Below are positions 14,120-25,350 of a stretch of 64,000 nucleotides of DNA, piece after piece. This DNA comes from Camelus ferus. Its lineage: Eukaryota. The position numbers were made by a program, and so were the translations under genes. The stretch is taken from the NCBI RefSeq assembly GCF_009834535.1, contig NC_045696.1:100628001-100692000 (forward strand), written 5' to 3'. Each line of letters opens with the position of its first letter. The first letter of the stretch is position 1. The notes beneath the pieces are model-generated. The model saw only the letters and a program-made list of their open reading frames with translations. It had not been told where the DNA came from and did no database searches.

Positions 14120-14762
14120 TACTGGTTAAGACTCAGTCATAGCTACATTTTAAAATGACTTCTCAAAAAGTCAACTTGAAGTGAGAAATTATTTTCAGAT
14201 TAAATTATAAATATTTAAAAAAATTATAATGGAGTAAACATTATCTTAGAGCTTGAGGCAATTGGCTGTTTGAACCAGTGAGAATTTTCTACTAAAATAA
14301 TGCTTTACTATGCATATAATTTGACTTAATACATGTCTTAAAACATACATTAATTTTGTGTTGAGTCATTTAAACCTCTTAGGTAAAACACCCCTATCCT
14401 CTCCTCTGCCTCTATGGATGCAACACCTTCCCAGGAGGATGCGCTCAGATGCAATTCTGCACTCAGGCTGCTCCTCAGGATTCCCACAAGCTACAGATTT
14501 GGTCCTCTGCATTTGCGTTGGTCAAGCTGATCGATCAAGTAAGCGAATTAAAAAAAAAAAATCAAGGTTTAGTAATGTACATTTTATGGAAAGCAAAACT
14601 AGAGAGGTGAAAGGAGAAATTAATTTGATAATTAAAGGTAACAATGGGTTTAGATTATATATTGCCTTTGGTCTAAAGCAGTCTCCAGACATATATTTAG
14701 GCAATTCTAAATTAGAGCCTTCCCAGAGTTGTCTATCCCATATCAGAAGGAAGCCTCTCCTC

Positions 14763-14815
14763 GTTTCCTAGGCAAAATGGCACCTGGCAGAGATATCTCC
14801 ATGTTGCCTAGTAAC
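14763..14815. promoter_or_regulatory. Paired RFX X-box motifs (candidate promoter/enhancer)
   Basis: GTTGCCTAGTAAC (14803-14815) fits the RFX consensus GTNRCC-N0-3-RGYAAC; GTTTCCTAGGCAAA (14763-14776) is a near match; both lie in apparently non-repeat sequence. Confidence 0.5.
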
Positions 14816-15069
14816 TGGAGGGGTTGTGCTGGAATTTGTTGATGAACATGACAGGTGAACTTTTTCTTCTGTGTGCTAGTCAGGGTTGGTGCTTTTTGCT
14901 GGTCTGTCCTCCAGTGCCTACCGTTGCAAGAAGCAAGAAAGCAGAAATCTCCTTCGTTGGTCTCTGTTATAAGCTCTGGTAAGTCTTTAGTTTGAATGAT
15001 TCATCACATACTCTTTGATTTCAGGTGGACCTCACCACAGCTGCTGCATGGTAACTTAAAATTTTTCCA

Positions 15070-15690
15070 CTCACAGATACTACAAACTTTTCCAAAGAAA
15101 TAGGGAAGGAAAAAACACCTTACAATTTATTCTATGTATGTCCAATATTACCTTGATATCAAAGCCAGGTAAAGATATCACAAGAAAAGCAAACAACTGA
15201 TCAAAATTCCTCGTGAATATAGATGAAAAAATCACCAGCAAAATATTAGCCTACAATATCCAGGAACATACAACAAAGATTATGTATCATGACCAAGTGG
15301 GATTTATTCCAGGAAGTTAAGTGTGGCTTAAAATTTAAAATTCAATTAATTAAATACATCAAATTAATAGAATAAAGGACAAATATCACATGATTATCTA
15401 AACATAGAGAATAAGGCATTTGATAAAATCCAACATGCATTTATAATAAAAATTGTCAACAAATCCTGAAATAGAGGGAAACTTTCCAAACCTGATAAAG
15501 GGCTCTATGAAAACTCCATGTCCAACTGACTTAATGACGAAAGACAATGCTTTCCCCCTAAATAAAGAAGTCAAGGATGTGTACTCCTGCCACTTCTATT
15601 CTACTTTGTATTGGAGGTTCTAGCCAGTGCAGTCAGCCAAGAAAAATAAATAAAATATATTCAGATTGGAAATAAAGATAAAAGAAAAAT
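15070..15690 (+). mobile_element. Old L1 ORF2 reverse-transcriptase-region fragment
   Basis: Decayed coding for [23 protein letters not shown] and AFDKIQH (L1 ORF2p RT motifs). Confidence 0.9.
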
Positions 15691-15743
15691 CATCTGATAA
15701 ATATGGTTTGTGTTTCTGCTATTTCAGATTATACAGAGAGAGA

Positions 15744-15779
15744 GAGAGCACTGAATCCTAACCACTCGACCACCAGGGA
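15744..15779 (-). pseudogene. Retroposed 5' half of tRNA-Glu(CTC)
   Basis: Minus strand TCCCTGGTGGTCGAGTGGTTAGGATTCAGTGCTCTC is 33/36 identical to the mammalian tRNA-Glu-CTC 5' sequence as recalled; it ends at the anticodon; 14-bp TSD tatttcagattata/tgtttcagattata. Confidence 0.85.
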
Positions 15780-15898
15780 TGTTTCAGATTATAGAAATAA
15801 AATATATTTAGTGCATAAAATACGGAAGAGCTTAAAGGAATAACAGAACGAATCCATCTTTACTCTGACCAGAATAAGTCAAGCTAACATTTTGGTAT

Positions 15899-16251
15899 TG
15901 TTGAAGTCTATTTGGGCTGCTATAACAAAATTCCACAGATAGGATGGATTATGGACAGTAAGAATTTATTTCTTACAGTTCTGGAGGCTGGAATTCCTAG
16001 ATCAGGGTACTGGCATGATTGGGTGAAGGCTCTCTTCCGGGTTGCAGACTTTTCTTTGGATCCTCACCTGTTGAAAGAGGCAAGGGAACTCTGTGGGATC
16101 TCATTTATAAGAGCATTAATTGCATTCGTGAAGGCTCCATCCTCATGATCTAATCACCTCCCAAAGGCTTTCCACACCACTAGCATCACACGGAACATTA
16201 AGATTCCTACACCTGAATTTTGGAGGGATCACAGACATACAGACCGTAGCA
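15899..16251 (-). mobile_element. MaLR solo LTR (MLT1A-like)
   Basis: 'gggctgctataacaaaattccacaga...atttatttcttacagttctggaggctgg', 'atctaatcacctcccaaagg'; 5-bp TSD ggtat/ggcat. Confidence 0.9.
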
Positions 16252-17197
16252 GGCATTTTCCATGTTTCTAAGAAAAACTTTTCTGCATATTCAATATTGT
16301 ATGATATATGTTAATTTTTCATACATAATAGCCAAAATATATTTAAAAATCCAATTGCCAATTTAATTAACTCAAATATTCCCTATTGTTGGCCATATAC
16401 TTGGTTTCCAACACTGTTTCTGTAAATAATATGATTAATCTATTTTGTGTACTTTTTTTCTCATTTTGGATTAATTTCTTAAGGAGATTTTTAGAATGAG
16501 AATGACTGGAACTAATAAAAAAAAGCACTTACTATAGATTGTTAAATTATTTTCCAAACTTTTCTTGATCAGCATGTTCACTAACTGCTTGGTAATACCA
16601 ATAGCATCACATAACCTCCAATATTATGTATCATTTAATTTTTAATAAGTTAAATACACAAAATTGATATTTTACCAGCTTAGTATTGTTTTGACGACTA
16701 ATGAAGATGAAGTTTTAAAATATATGTATTAGACATTTGCATAGTTTAATCTATTTGTTGTGAAATATAGAGAAGTTTGTAAAACAATTGTTAAGGCTTA
16801 AGAAATTATGAAGGGAATACTCTATCAGTCAGATCAAGAAAGAGAAGTCACTGGTCCTCCAGAATTTATCCACTACAGGTCCCTCCCTACCATCTAAGAA
16901 TAACTTATCTGACTGCTGTGGCAATTAATTTTTTCTACCTTTCTTCAAACTTTTTACTGTTGTATGCTGTAATATGCATCACAAAATCTAATGCTTAATT
17001 TATTATGGTTTGGATAGAACTCAATGAACTGGGTTTACATAGTATCTCCTCTTTTGCTTTTGAGCTTCTTTCGTAATCATTGTATTTGTGAGACTCATCC
17101 ATGGTGTGTAATGCTGTTGTTTATTTGTATTTTTTGTGTATTATTCCATTGTATGTCTATACTATTTTTATCCATTTTTACTGTTGATAGTTACCTT

Positions 17198-17279
17198 TTT
17201 AAAAATTGAAGTGTAGTTGATTTACTATATTGTGTTAGTTTCAGGTATACAGCAAAATGATTGTTATAATATATATATA

Positions 17280-17328
<49 letters not shown>

Positions 17329-17362
17329 TTTTCTGATTCTTTGCCTTTATAGGTTATTACAA
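17198..17362 (-). mobile_element. Short young L1 3' end with an internal (TA)n microsatellite (~17265-17326)
   Basis: 'attgaagtgtagttgatttactatattgtgttagtttcaggtatacagcaaa'; 12-bp TSD gatagttacctt/gatagctatctt. Confidence 0.85.
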
Positions 17363-17819
17363 GATAGCTATCTTAATAGTTCCCAATTTTTGTCTATTAT
17401 AAATAATGGAGCCATAATTATTTTTATAAATGCCTCCTGGTGTATATGCACACACATTTTTGTTGATTATATACCTAGGTGTAGGGTTCCTGAGTAGGAG
17501 TAACTATGTATGTTCATCTTTAGTAGATGATGCCAAACTTTGGTACAAATTTCTCTGCCTCCAGCAATAAATAAGAGCTTTTCTGGGTCTACATCTTTGC
17601 CATGCCTCCTTTTCTCAGCCTTTTTCCTTTATAACCATTATTTGAATGTTAACAGTATTACATTGTTGCTCTAATATACATTGCATGGCCTTATATTTAT
17701 TGGACACTTGGAGATCCTTTTTTTATCCTCTTTTATAAAAACTGGATTTTGCCATTTTCTTGTTTTTCTTGTTGACCGGTGAAAGATTTTTATATAAACT
17801 AAATATAAAATCTTATGTT

Positions 17820-17956
17820 ATGGTAGCTCACAGAGGAAAAAAATGTGACAAAGAATATATACACGTTCATGTATAACTGAAAAATTGTGCTCTACACTGG
17901 AATTTGACACGACATTGTGAAATGATTTTAAATCAATAAAAAAATGTTAAAAAAAA
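17820..17956 (+). mobile_element. Short camelid-type L1 3' end
   Basis: 'gttcatgtataactgaaaaattgtgctctacactggaatttgacacgacattgtgaaatga...aataaaaaaatgttaaaaaaaa'; approximate TSD aaaatcttatgtt/aaaatcatctgtt. Confidence 0.8.
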
Positions 17957-19705
17957 TCATCTGTTGCATATGATGCTAAACCATCCTCCCATTCTGAAGC
18001 TTTTATTTCCTCTCTCTGCATGATGTCTTTTGATGTTAGAACAGAGTCCAACATACTAGGTTTTTCCCTTACAGTCAGTATTTATTGTCTTGTCTTAAAA
18101 TAATAATCCTACAAAAGATCATTAAAGTCTCATCATCTAAAATTGCAGACATTTTATTGTTTTACCATGCTTACTTATTTAAGAAAGTCTTTAAATATCA
18201 CACAGGTTATACAGAGCCTGAGTGCACTGATAGAACATTGGATTGCCTGACTTTGTGCAAAGCTTCTGCTAGTTTATTACTTAACAGGAGTACATTAATC
18301 CCTTAATTTTCAATTTCCACAATTAATTAATAAAAGTCCCTGCAGTGACCTTCGCTTGTTTTTGGAAGGGTGTGGTAAAATCTGAAACAGGAATGGTTGA
18401 TTGGATTTTATTTGTGAAAAATTTTTTCAAGCAATAAGGACACACTGAGGTAAACTAGATTACCTCACTTGTGCTCCAGTCCCACGGAGGAATAAACCAC
18501 TTGGTTATGTTGACACTCCCGCTGTATAATCAATGCAATCCATAACGAGCAGAGACAGCAGTGTAAATATCACACCACAACACATGTCAGGGAAAACAAT
18601 TCTTAAAAAAACACCCATTTTCTCTAATGTGTTTCTATAGGAACTGAAATTGGGTGTCAGCAGGATGCCTGTAAATAGATTATTGTTTAATCTGAAGTTC
18701 CATGCTGGAAAGAAGCCATTAGTTCTCAATCCTGAACCAATCATGCTGGATCATGAATAGTGTTCTGGTGATAAATTGATCTGGGTATTATATTTAAGAG
18801 TTTAAAACTATTGAAGCAACAGTCATGATCATGTTGGTAATTAAACATATCTTTATTCAAGTACATAGTGAAGAAATCACCTTAGTTTTCAGTCAAGAAC
18901 ATAGACCTGAATTCATCCATTTATTCATTCATCATCAGACATTTGTTGAATGCCAAGCCTGCATCTACCGAGTCACTGTGTTGTCCACAGAGTGCAAGAA
19001 ACACCTATTATTGACCTTAAGGTCCTCTTAGTTTGCCATAAACACATCTAAGCCAGAAAAATTGCATTGTCAATAACCTGCCCGCAATTGTATACGTGAA
19101 TATGTGTGTATCTTGCCTAATTGTATGTGTGTCTCAAGACAACAACAAAGATTGAATTAATAATTGATTTTTAGGCTCTGAAGGACTTATAAAATGGAAG
19201 AAAGTATAGGATTTCATTTATTTTGAAAAGTAATTTTACATTTTCATTGTACAAGATAAACCACCAACTACTTCACAAATCTGAAAACATATATGGAAAC
19301 ATGAATAAATATTTAGAGCAATTAGACCAATCGAGTATTTAAAACTCATCAAGACATCTGTTTCCAAGCAAATGTATCTTTCATAACACAATTATACTAA
19401 ATGACCTCTTAATAATTTGAAATATAAAATTTTTGTGAATCTGTGTGTGTGCAGTAGTCCTAGTAGTAGCAGTAGTCACAGTTAATCAACAGCAAAAAGT
19501 GAAGAACATTACACATAGATGTTCATTCAAGTGATTGTATGTTTCCTTTTAAGTATCAAAATTTTATTTTTTTTCTAAAAATGTGAATCCAATATAAAAA
19601 GCTAATAAGTACAACTTCCAATCAAGAAGTGGCAACTGGTTTAAAATATTTGCAAATGTGTGATTTCTAGTGATTTCTATTAGGTATTAAAAGAACTTGA
19701 CTTGA

Positions 19706-19859
19706 GAGGGGCAAGATATAGCTTGGTGGTAGAGTGTGTGCTTAGCATGCGCGAGGTCCTAGGTTCAATCCCCAGTGCCTCCATTAAATACATACATACA
19801 TACATACATACATACATCAATCTAATTACCTCCCCCCCAAAATAATTTAAAAAAAAAAT
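19706..19859 (+). mobile_element. Vic-1-type tRNA-derived SINE (camelid) with (TACA)n and polyA
   Basis: A box 'tagcttggtgg', B box 'ggttcaatccc', body 'gtgtgcttagcatgcgcgaggtcctagg', tail 'ctaattacctccccccc'; 13-bp TSD agaacttgacttg/agaatttggcttg. Confidence 0.92.
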
Positions 19860-20242
19860 AGAATTTGGCTTGTAATCTCGGCTTTGATATTGTGTCCCTC
19901 ACTTCTGGTTTCTAGTTTGCAAAAGACTATTCCCTAAAAGAATAAGTAAATGGGGGCCCTTTGTGTTTGGTGAGACAATAGGCTTATGCAGTGTTTGGGA
20001 TTATCACAAAGTGAAGCACAAAGTCCTGGAAGAGGCCGATGATGATGAGAGGCTCTGTAGATTATCCTTCATGACTTTTACAGTCACCCCCTCTTCCCCC
20101 TGATTATAAGTAAGTGTACAGAGGATTGTAAGGCTGGAAAGACAGAATCTGACTGATCTTGTACTCAGATTTCTAAATAAACAAGATTGTAAACTGAGCA
20201 AATAAGAATTTGTTCATCATATCTTATCACATTAGTGAATGA

Positions 20243-20410
20243 GTGGCTGTCAGACTCTCAGGTGTAAATTACTTGGGCTATTTATTAAAACTCTTTTGTC
20301 TCATATACAGAGATTCTTCTGATTCATTATGTCTGCAGTGAAGTTCAGAAATCTACACTATTAATAAGCAAGCCAAATGATTGTTATAAACAAGTTTTGG
20401 AGACAATGAT
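20243..20410. mobile_element. MER5A-like hAT-Charlie MITE
   Basis: 'agagattcttctgattcattatgtctgcagtgaagttcagaaatctacact...aagcaagccaaatgatt...aagttttggagacaatg'. Confidence 0.65.
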
Positions 20411-20689
20411 TTCTTTATAGGAGGTTAGGAACTCTCATTAGAGACAGGTTAATAAATCTATTTATAAAAGACTTAAGCAAATTATGTGATTATAGATTTG
20501 TTTGTGGCAACGTAAGAAATTTTAGAAAAAAAAAATGACCTACAAGCTCAACTTTTAATCTCAACATCAACTTATCCTAAAAACTGTCAAGGTCAATATG
20601 AACTCATCCAAAATACTTTCCTTGAATACAGGCAATGGACAACTGTCTAATTTAGATAACTACTTTTCTTAACTTTTTTTTATAATCAT

Positions 20690-20992
20690 ACAACCACCTT
20701 ACTACTGTCTTCCAACCACCACCTCTACCCTGGACCAAGCCACCAATGTATTTTGATGGATTATTGAAATATTCTCATTTTCCCTGGTTCTGTTTTTGTG
20801 TTTATCCTCACCTTACATAATATATATTTCACTTACCCTTTTGATTAATTGTCAGCCTCCTTGACCTCCCCATGAAATGTAAGCTTCACTGAAGTAGAGG
20901 ATATTGTTTCTTAGTACACAGTTTTGTTCCTAGAATTTATCAAAATGCCTGATACATAGTGACAGCTTGATAAGTATTTGTGAATAAATATC
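20690..20992 (+). mobile_element. L2 LINE 3' end
   Basis: 'aatgtaagcttcactgaagtagagga...tgcctgatacatagtgacagcttgataagtatttgtgaataaat'. Confidence 0.8.
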
Positions 20993-22259
20993 ACTCAATG
21001 AGTAGTTTTGAGGAACTGAATAAAACAAGTGAGAGATAATTTCCACAGTGACAAGAATTTTCTAACAGAGATGCTGAATGTTTGTACAACATCCACAATT
21101 TATTATTTTTTTAATATTACTAAATAACTAATTAACACTATGTGCTGAAGAGGAGCCTCATCCTCATCCTTGTGTCTGCTGTCTACTCCTCCCCACTACC
21201 AACCTCCCTAGTCCCCCTCGTGTTAAACTCCTGTATGGCACCAGAAAACCCTGTATCTCTGTACTTCCTGTTTGGATGTAGATTCACTGCAGTCAGAGGG
21301 CTGTCTCTTCCACAAGTTATCACCCTAGCTCTCTTGTATAGAAAGCAGGATAGCAATGCCAGCTTTTTGGCAATTTCCCCAGAATTCTAGAGGGGCGCAC
21401 TGACTGTTACCGTGTTACCCACAAGGTAAATGAAATGTATGGATCAATTAGAGAGGGGTAAAGAATCTGGCCAATGCTTCACCAAAGAACCCAGCCAAGG
21501 AGCTATTTTACTGGGTACAATTGTTTTTGACATATAGCAGAAATATTTGTTATAAATAAAGGCACTCATTCTAATCATGGTCTGTCATCCTACAGATGAT
21601 GTAAGTAACAATTTTTGAAGAGAGAAAGAAGCCATCTGTGGCGCGTGTCAGTCAGGGTCCACTCTAGATTGGTGTGTTTTTTGAAATAATTACTACAGTG
21701 AGATCACTAAGGTGACATAAAACTGTCCTTGTTCTTTGCTATTGCTTTTATTTTGCTCTTCTTTTGAAAACAGATTCAGCAATTTCTTGCTTGATTTCCT
21801 CGGTAGGACCTACTGTTAATTACCTTTTCAGCGTTGCCCTAGAAGTCACCTCCACTTTAATCATTAAGCCTGCGATGAACTGACAAAATTTTTCCACCAA
21901 GTTTGTGTAATGTTTGGAACCAAAGAACTTAGATCTATGAAAGTAGCACGTGTCATTTCAAGTATTCATGTTATTAAATGACTTTGGAGTAGATTTAAGA
22001 AGTGTGGTAAATTGTATACCTTCAGGAAATATGTTTTATTGACTTTTTGCTTTAGAGATTATATGAATCTTTGTGCTTTTCTTACATTGCTTTGATAGTA
22101 TTATTTTCCTCAAGTAATTAAAGTCCCAGTTAAAAAAATGTTTTATCCAAAATGCACAAATCAATTCCAAAACATGATTGGGATTCTGTGGTTCCAATTT
22201 ATATAACGTCTACTGGTTTTCCTTATTTTGTTAAGAGGGGTAATTGGATCTTGTAGTCC

Positions 22260-23640
22260 TCTGTAGAATTATTGTTTTGTTTAACTTTTATGTTTACCGA
22301 AGTGTTGTCTGTACATAGCTTAAAAAGGAAGAGCACGCAAAGGCCCAAAACAAAAACTACAATTCTTTGCACTAAACATAAAATACTCACATCCTAGGCT
22401 CCAGAGGAAACCACTTTTAATTCTTTATCTGTTCTGATGCAAACATAGTAGTTAACAAATAATAGGTTTATACTGCTATTTTTCCCCTACATACATTACC
22501 TATTATATTCTTCTATGGAAGAGATAAATTCTCTTAAATTTATTGCTGAGGAAAGATGCATTGGGGATAAGGTTTTCAGATCTTGCAAATCTGAAAACAT
22601 GCTCTTTTTACTTTCACACTTGATTGGTAAATTGGCTAGACTTAGAATTCTCAGTTGCAAGTAAATGTTCCCGAGATGTTTTAAGGCATTACTCATTGCT
22701 CTTGTAGCATCTCGTGCTGCTGTTGAGAAATATGAGGTCATTCTCCTTCTGGTCCTTCATATGAGGGTCTATGGACTTGTTCTCTTGGACCTATTCCTAG
22801 AAGGGTTCTCTAATCTCTGGCTTGCTGGGAGTGGAGGTTGGTAATTCTGTCTTCTAGAATCTGTAACGTGAGTGGAGAAAGAAAGCTACATCCTCACAGT
22901 CTTCCTTGTCTAGAGTTCCACTTAATCTCAGTGCTTTCAGAATGATGACCTGCCCTGATTCGCTATACAGAGTACTTGGCCCTAAATTCAATGTCTCTGG
23001 CTCATTTTCTCCAGAGAGCAAAGTCCCCTTGCCTACCGGGCTTCAGGAGGTGTGTTTTCCTCTTTGGGTGCTGTGGGAGAGGAAATCTAGAGATGACGCT
23101 GATTGTCACACCACTAATGTGTATGCATAGCACTTCTCACCCACTCTCCCATTAGGCTGAAAAGTTCAGTACATAAAATCAGAGGATGCTTAGTTACCTT
23201 TGAATTTCAGAAAAACAGTAAATCTGTTAATGAATAAGTATGCCCCATGCATTGTTTGGGACATATTTCTGTCTCTAAAAGTTATAATTTTCAGATTTAA
23301 CTGAGGTTTTTCTATTTTACCTGGTAACTCTACCAGCGGCACTGCTGCCTTCAATTCCTAATCTCTTCTTGAGTATTCTGCTGTGCACTGAATTGAGTTT
23401 TGTTACCTTTCTTTCACTTGGCATCTAAATTTCAGTTTTTTCTACCCTGAAAGTCAGATAGCTTTCATCCATACACTTCTCATCCTCCTAAAATGTGGTT
23501 GACATATTTCACGTCCTTTCTTTCCCACTCTGTTCTCTATGTGTTAGAGAATATATCCCTTTTATTCATTTGATGTCTTTGTAGGAATTTTTAGAGGGGC
23601 AATAAACAAATGTATTTCATATGGCAAGTTTAGCTGGAAG
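22260..23640 (-). mobile_element. Old L1ME/HAL1 fragment including the ORF1p C-terminal domain
   Basis: ORF 22496-22741(-) 'TSYFSTAARDATRAMSNALKHL...LQLRILSLANLPIKCESKKSMFSDLQDL' resembles L1 ORF1p CTD (DFS.ATL.ARRQW...FQPRILYPAKLS.KCEG..KTFSD). Confidence 0.75.
23153..23332. mobile_element. MER53 palindromic hAT MITE
   Basis: 'ttagttacctttgaatttcagaaaaaca...taagtatgccccatgcattgtttgggacatatt...ctggtaactcta' matches the MER53 consensus. Confidence 0.85.
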
Positions 23641-25094
23641 TCTTAATGATTATTTAAAAATTTTGAGATTTAGTTTCCAAGATATTTCTTCGCATATTTT
23701 GCATTTTCCCACAATAATTGTCTAGGGATGAATGAATCAACAGAGCTAACATTTTATGATGTCTTAAGGATTCCTCTTGATATTGAATTCACATTGTAAA
23801 ACAACTAGAGCCAATAGAAGACATTTGCTTTCATATTCAATTAAACTATTTAAGGTGAATAATTAAATACTTTGACTTGATGCAGTTGTTTGAATAAATC
23901 TGACATGGACCACTAAATTACATGATGCACATGTGTGGGAAATAAAAGTAGTTTATGGTGCTTTTGCTTCTTGTCACACAAACGCAGATGTGATCAGCAG
24001 CTTCAAACCTAAACAATAAAACCAGGATCAATCTCACACTGTTAAAGAAATCTTTAACACCAGAAAATGATTGTCATATATTTGCACCCAGAAAGCACCT
24101 ATATACATGAGCATTTTTAGTAAATTAAGTAGAAAGATTGTTTTATTTGCCTTAAGGAGACATTATAGTACGTGCTTCAATAGATAAATGAAGGGAGTTG
24201 AAATAGCGCACAAGATTGAGCATTTGTCAAATCAAAATTGAAGGCAGCAGGCAGTAAATTGGATTTTCTTTCACAATAACACGTGTTTCACCTTCTACTG
24301 CTGTAACAAATATTACAATATATACTTCATGACATTGTATCTTTCATCCATTGCTATTGCTGAAATTTTAAGAATAAGCTGGGTCTCTCCTGCTGCCGCA
24401 CCACAATTTACTGTTAAGTGTGCAAAATTTGTTTCCTTAAGGATGTTTTTTCCCACAGAGGAAATATTAGACATCAATTGTCATCTCAGATACAGAATAA
24501 ACAGCACTATCAGTACTCAGTTCAGGTTCAAAGGAGTCTGTGAATGGTGGTGTCGAGTCTGGACCAGCGGTACTAATCATCTCTCAGAGCCCAGTTGTTT
24601 TCAACAGCAAGGAAAGACACAACTTGGGTATATTGTTGACTTTTCCCCCCAGATACTAAAGAATAAATGTAAGAATGAGGAAAAGTTTCTTTCATCAAAT
24701 CACAGAAAGTAGCTCCTAACTCAGGTGATGTGTAAGAATTAAGTGAAAAAGCACTTTTCCTCAAAATTTTATGAAATTTATTTATTTGGTATTTTATAAA
24801 GAGATGCCAGCTGATTTATAATCAGTGAGGAAAAATAACTGAGGATTCTCACCTGCCCTTCAAGAGAGAGAAAATGCTGTTTCCGTGGTACTGCATTCTG
24901 AAGCTAATGTGAGGTGTCTGGAGCAAAGAATTCTAAAAATGGAAATGGCATCCAGTGCTAAAAGCTAGAAGCACAAATTTGTAAGGGTTCACGTGCCTTT
25001 TTAAGGAAAAAGTCTATTTGTTGTCCACTATCTAATTGTCTAATTTGTCAAATTGTCTAATTGGTCTAATCTGCTAGTTTTTTAAATATCATAT

Positions 25095-25278
25095 TATGTA
25101 AGTCTCACAATCCTCCACACATGGAGAGTATTTTCCCTGCCATTTTACAGACCAGAACAATGAGTTTTAGAGAGGTTGATTAACCTTTCAGTGTTTACTG
25201 ATTAATAAGTGCTGCCGAAGAAGTTTGGGCCGAGACAGGCTGATTTGAAATCCGTGCTGGTCCACTACAATATACTGA
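25095..25278 (-). mobile_element. MIR SINE
   Basis: 'ctcacaatcctcc...ccattttacagaccagaacaatgagttttagagaggttgattaacc' is the antisense MIR core. Confidence 0.8.
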
Positions 25279-25350
25279 GTCACAGGGAGAACATGGGCCA
25301 ATCATCCATTTGCCCATGTTTGAAAAGGACAAATACTTACAAAGTATTTA

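Larger units (their letters stand above)
16300..18160 (-). mobile_element. Old L1ME-like fragments interrupted by two younger L1 3' ends
   Basis: Antisense L1 3' motifs ('ttgtgagactcatccatggtgt', 'ttatatacctaggtgtagggttcctgag'). Confidence 0.7.

Noticed and set aside
14358..14771. 137-aa ORF
   Set aside because: GTG start, and it runs through a splice-donor-like site and a polyA tract. Only the internal exon-like piece was kept as a low-confidence finding.
19706..19785. Possible functional tRNA gene
   Set aside because: Has a SINE tail, polyA, TSDs and a degenerate A box; it is a SINE.
24329..24712. 127-aa ORF
   Set aside because: No recognisable homology; a length like this is expected by chance in 64 kb across six frames.
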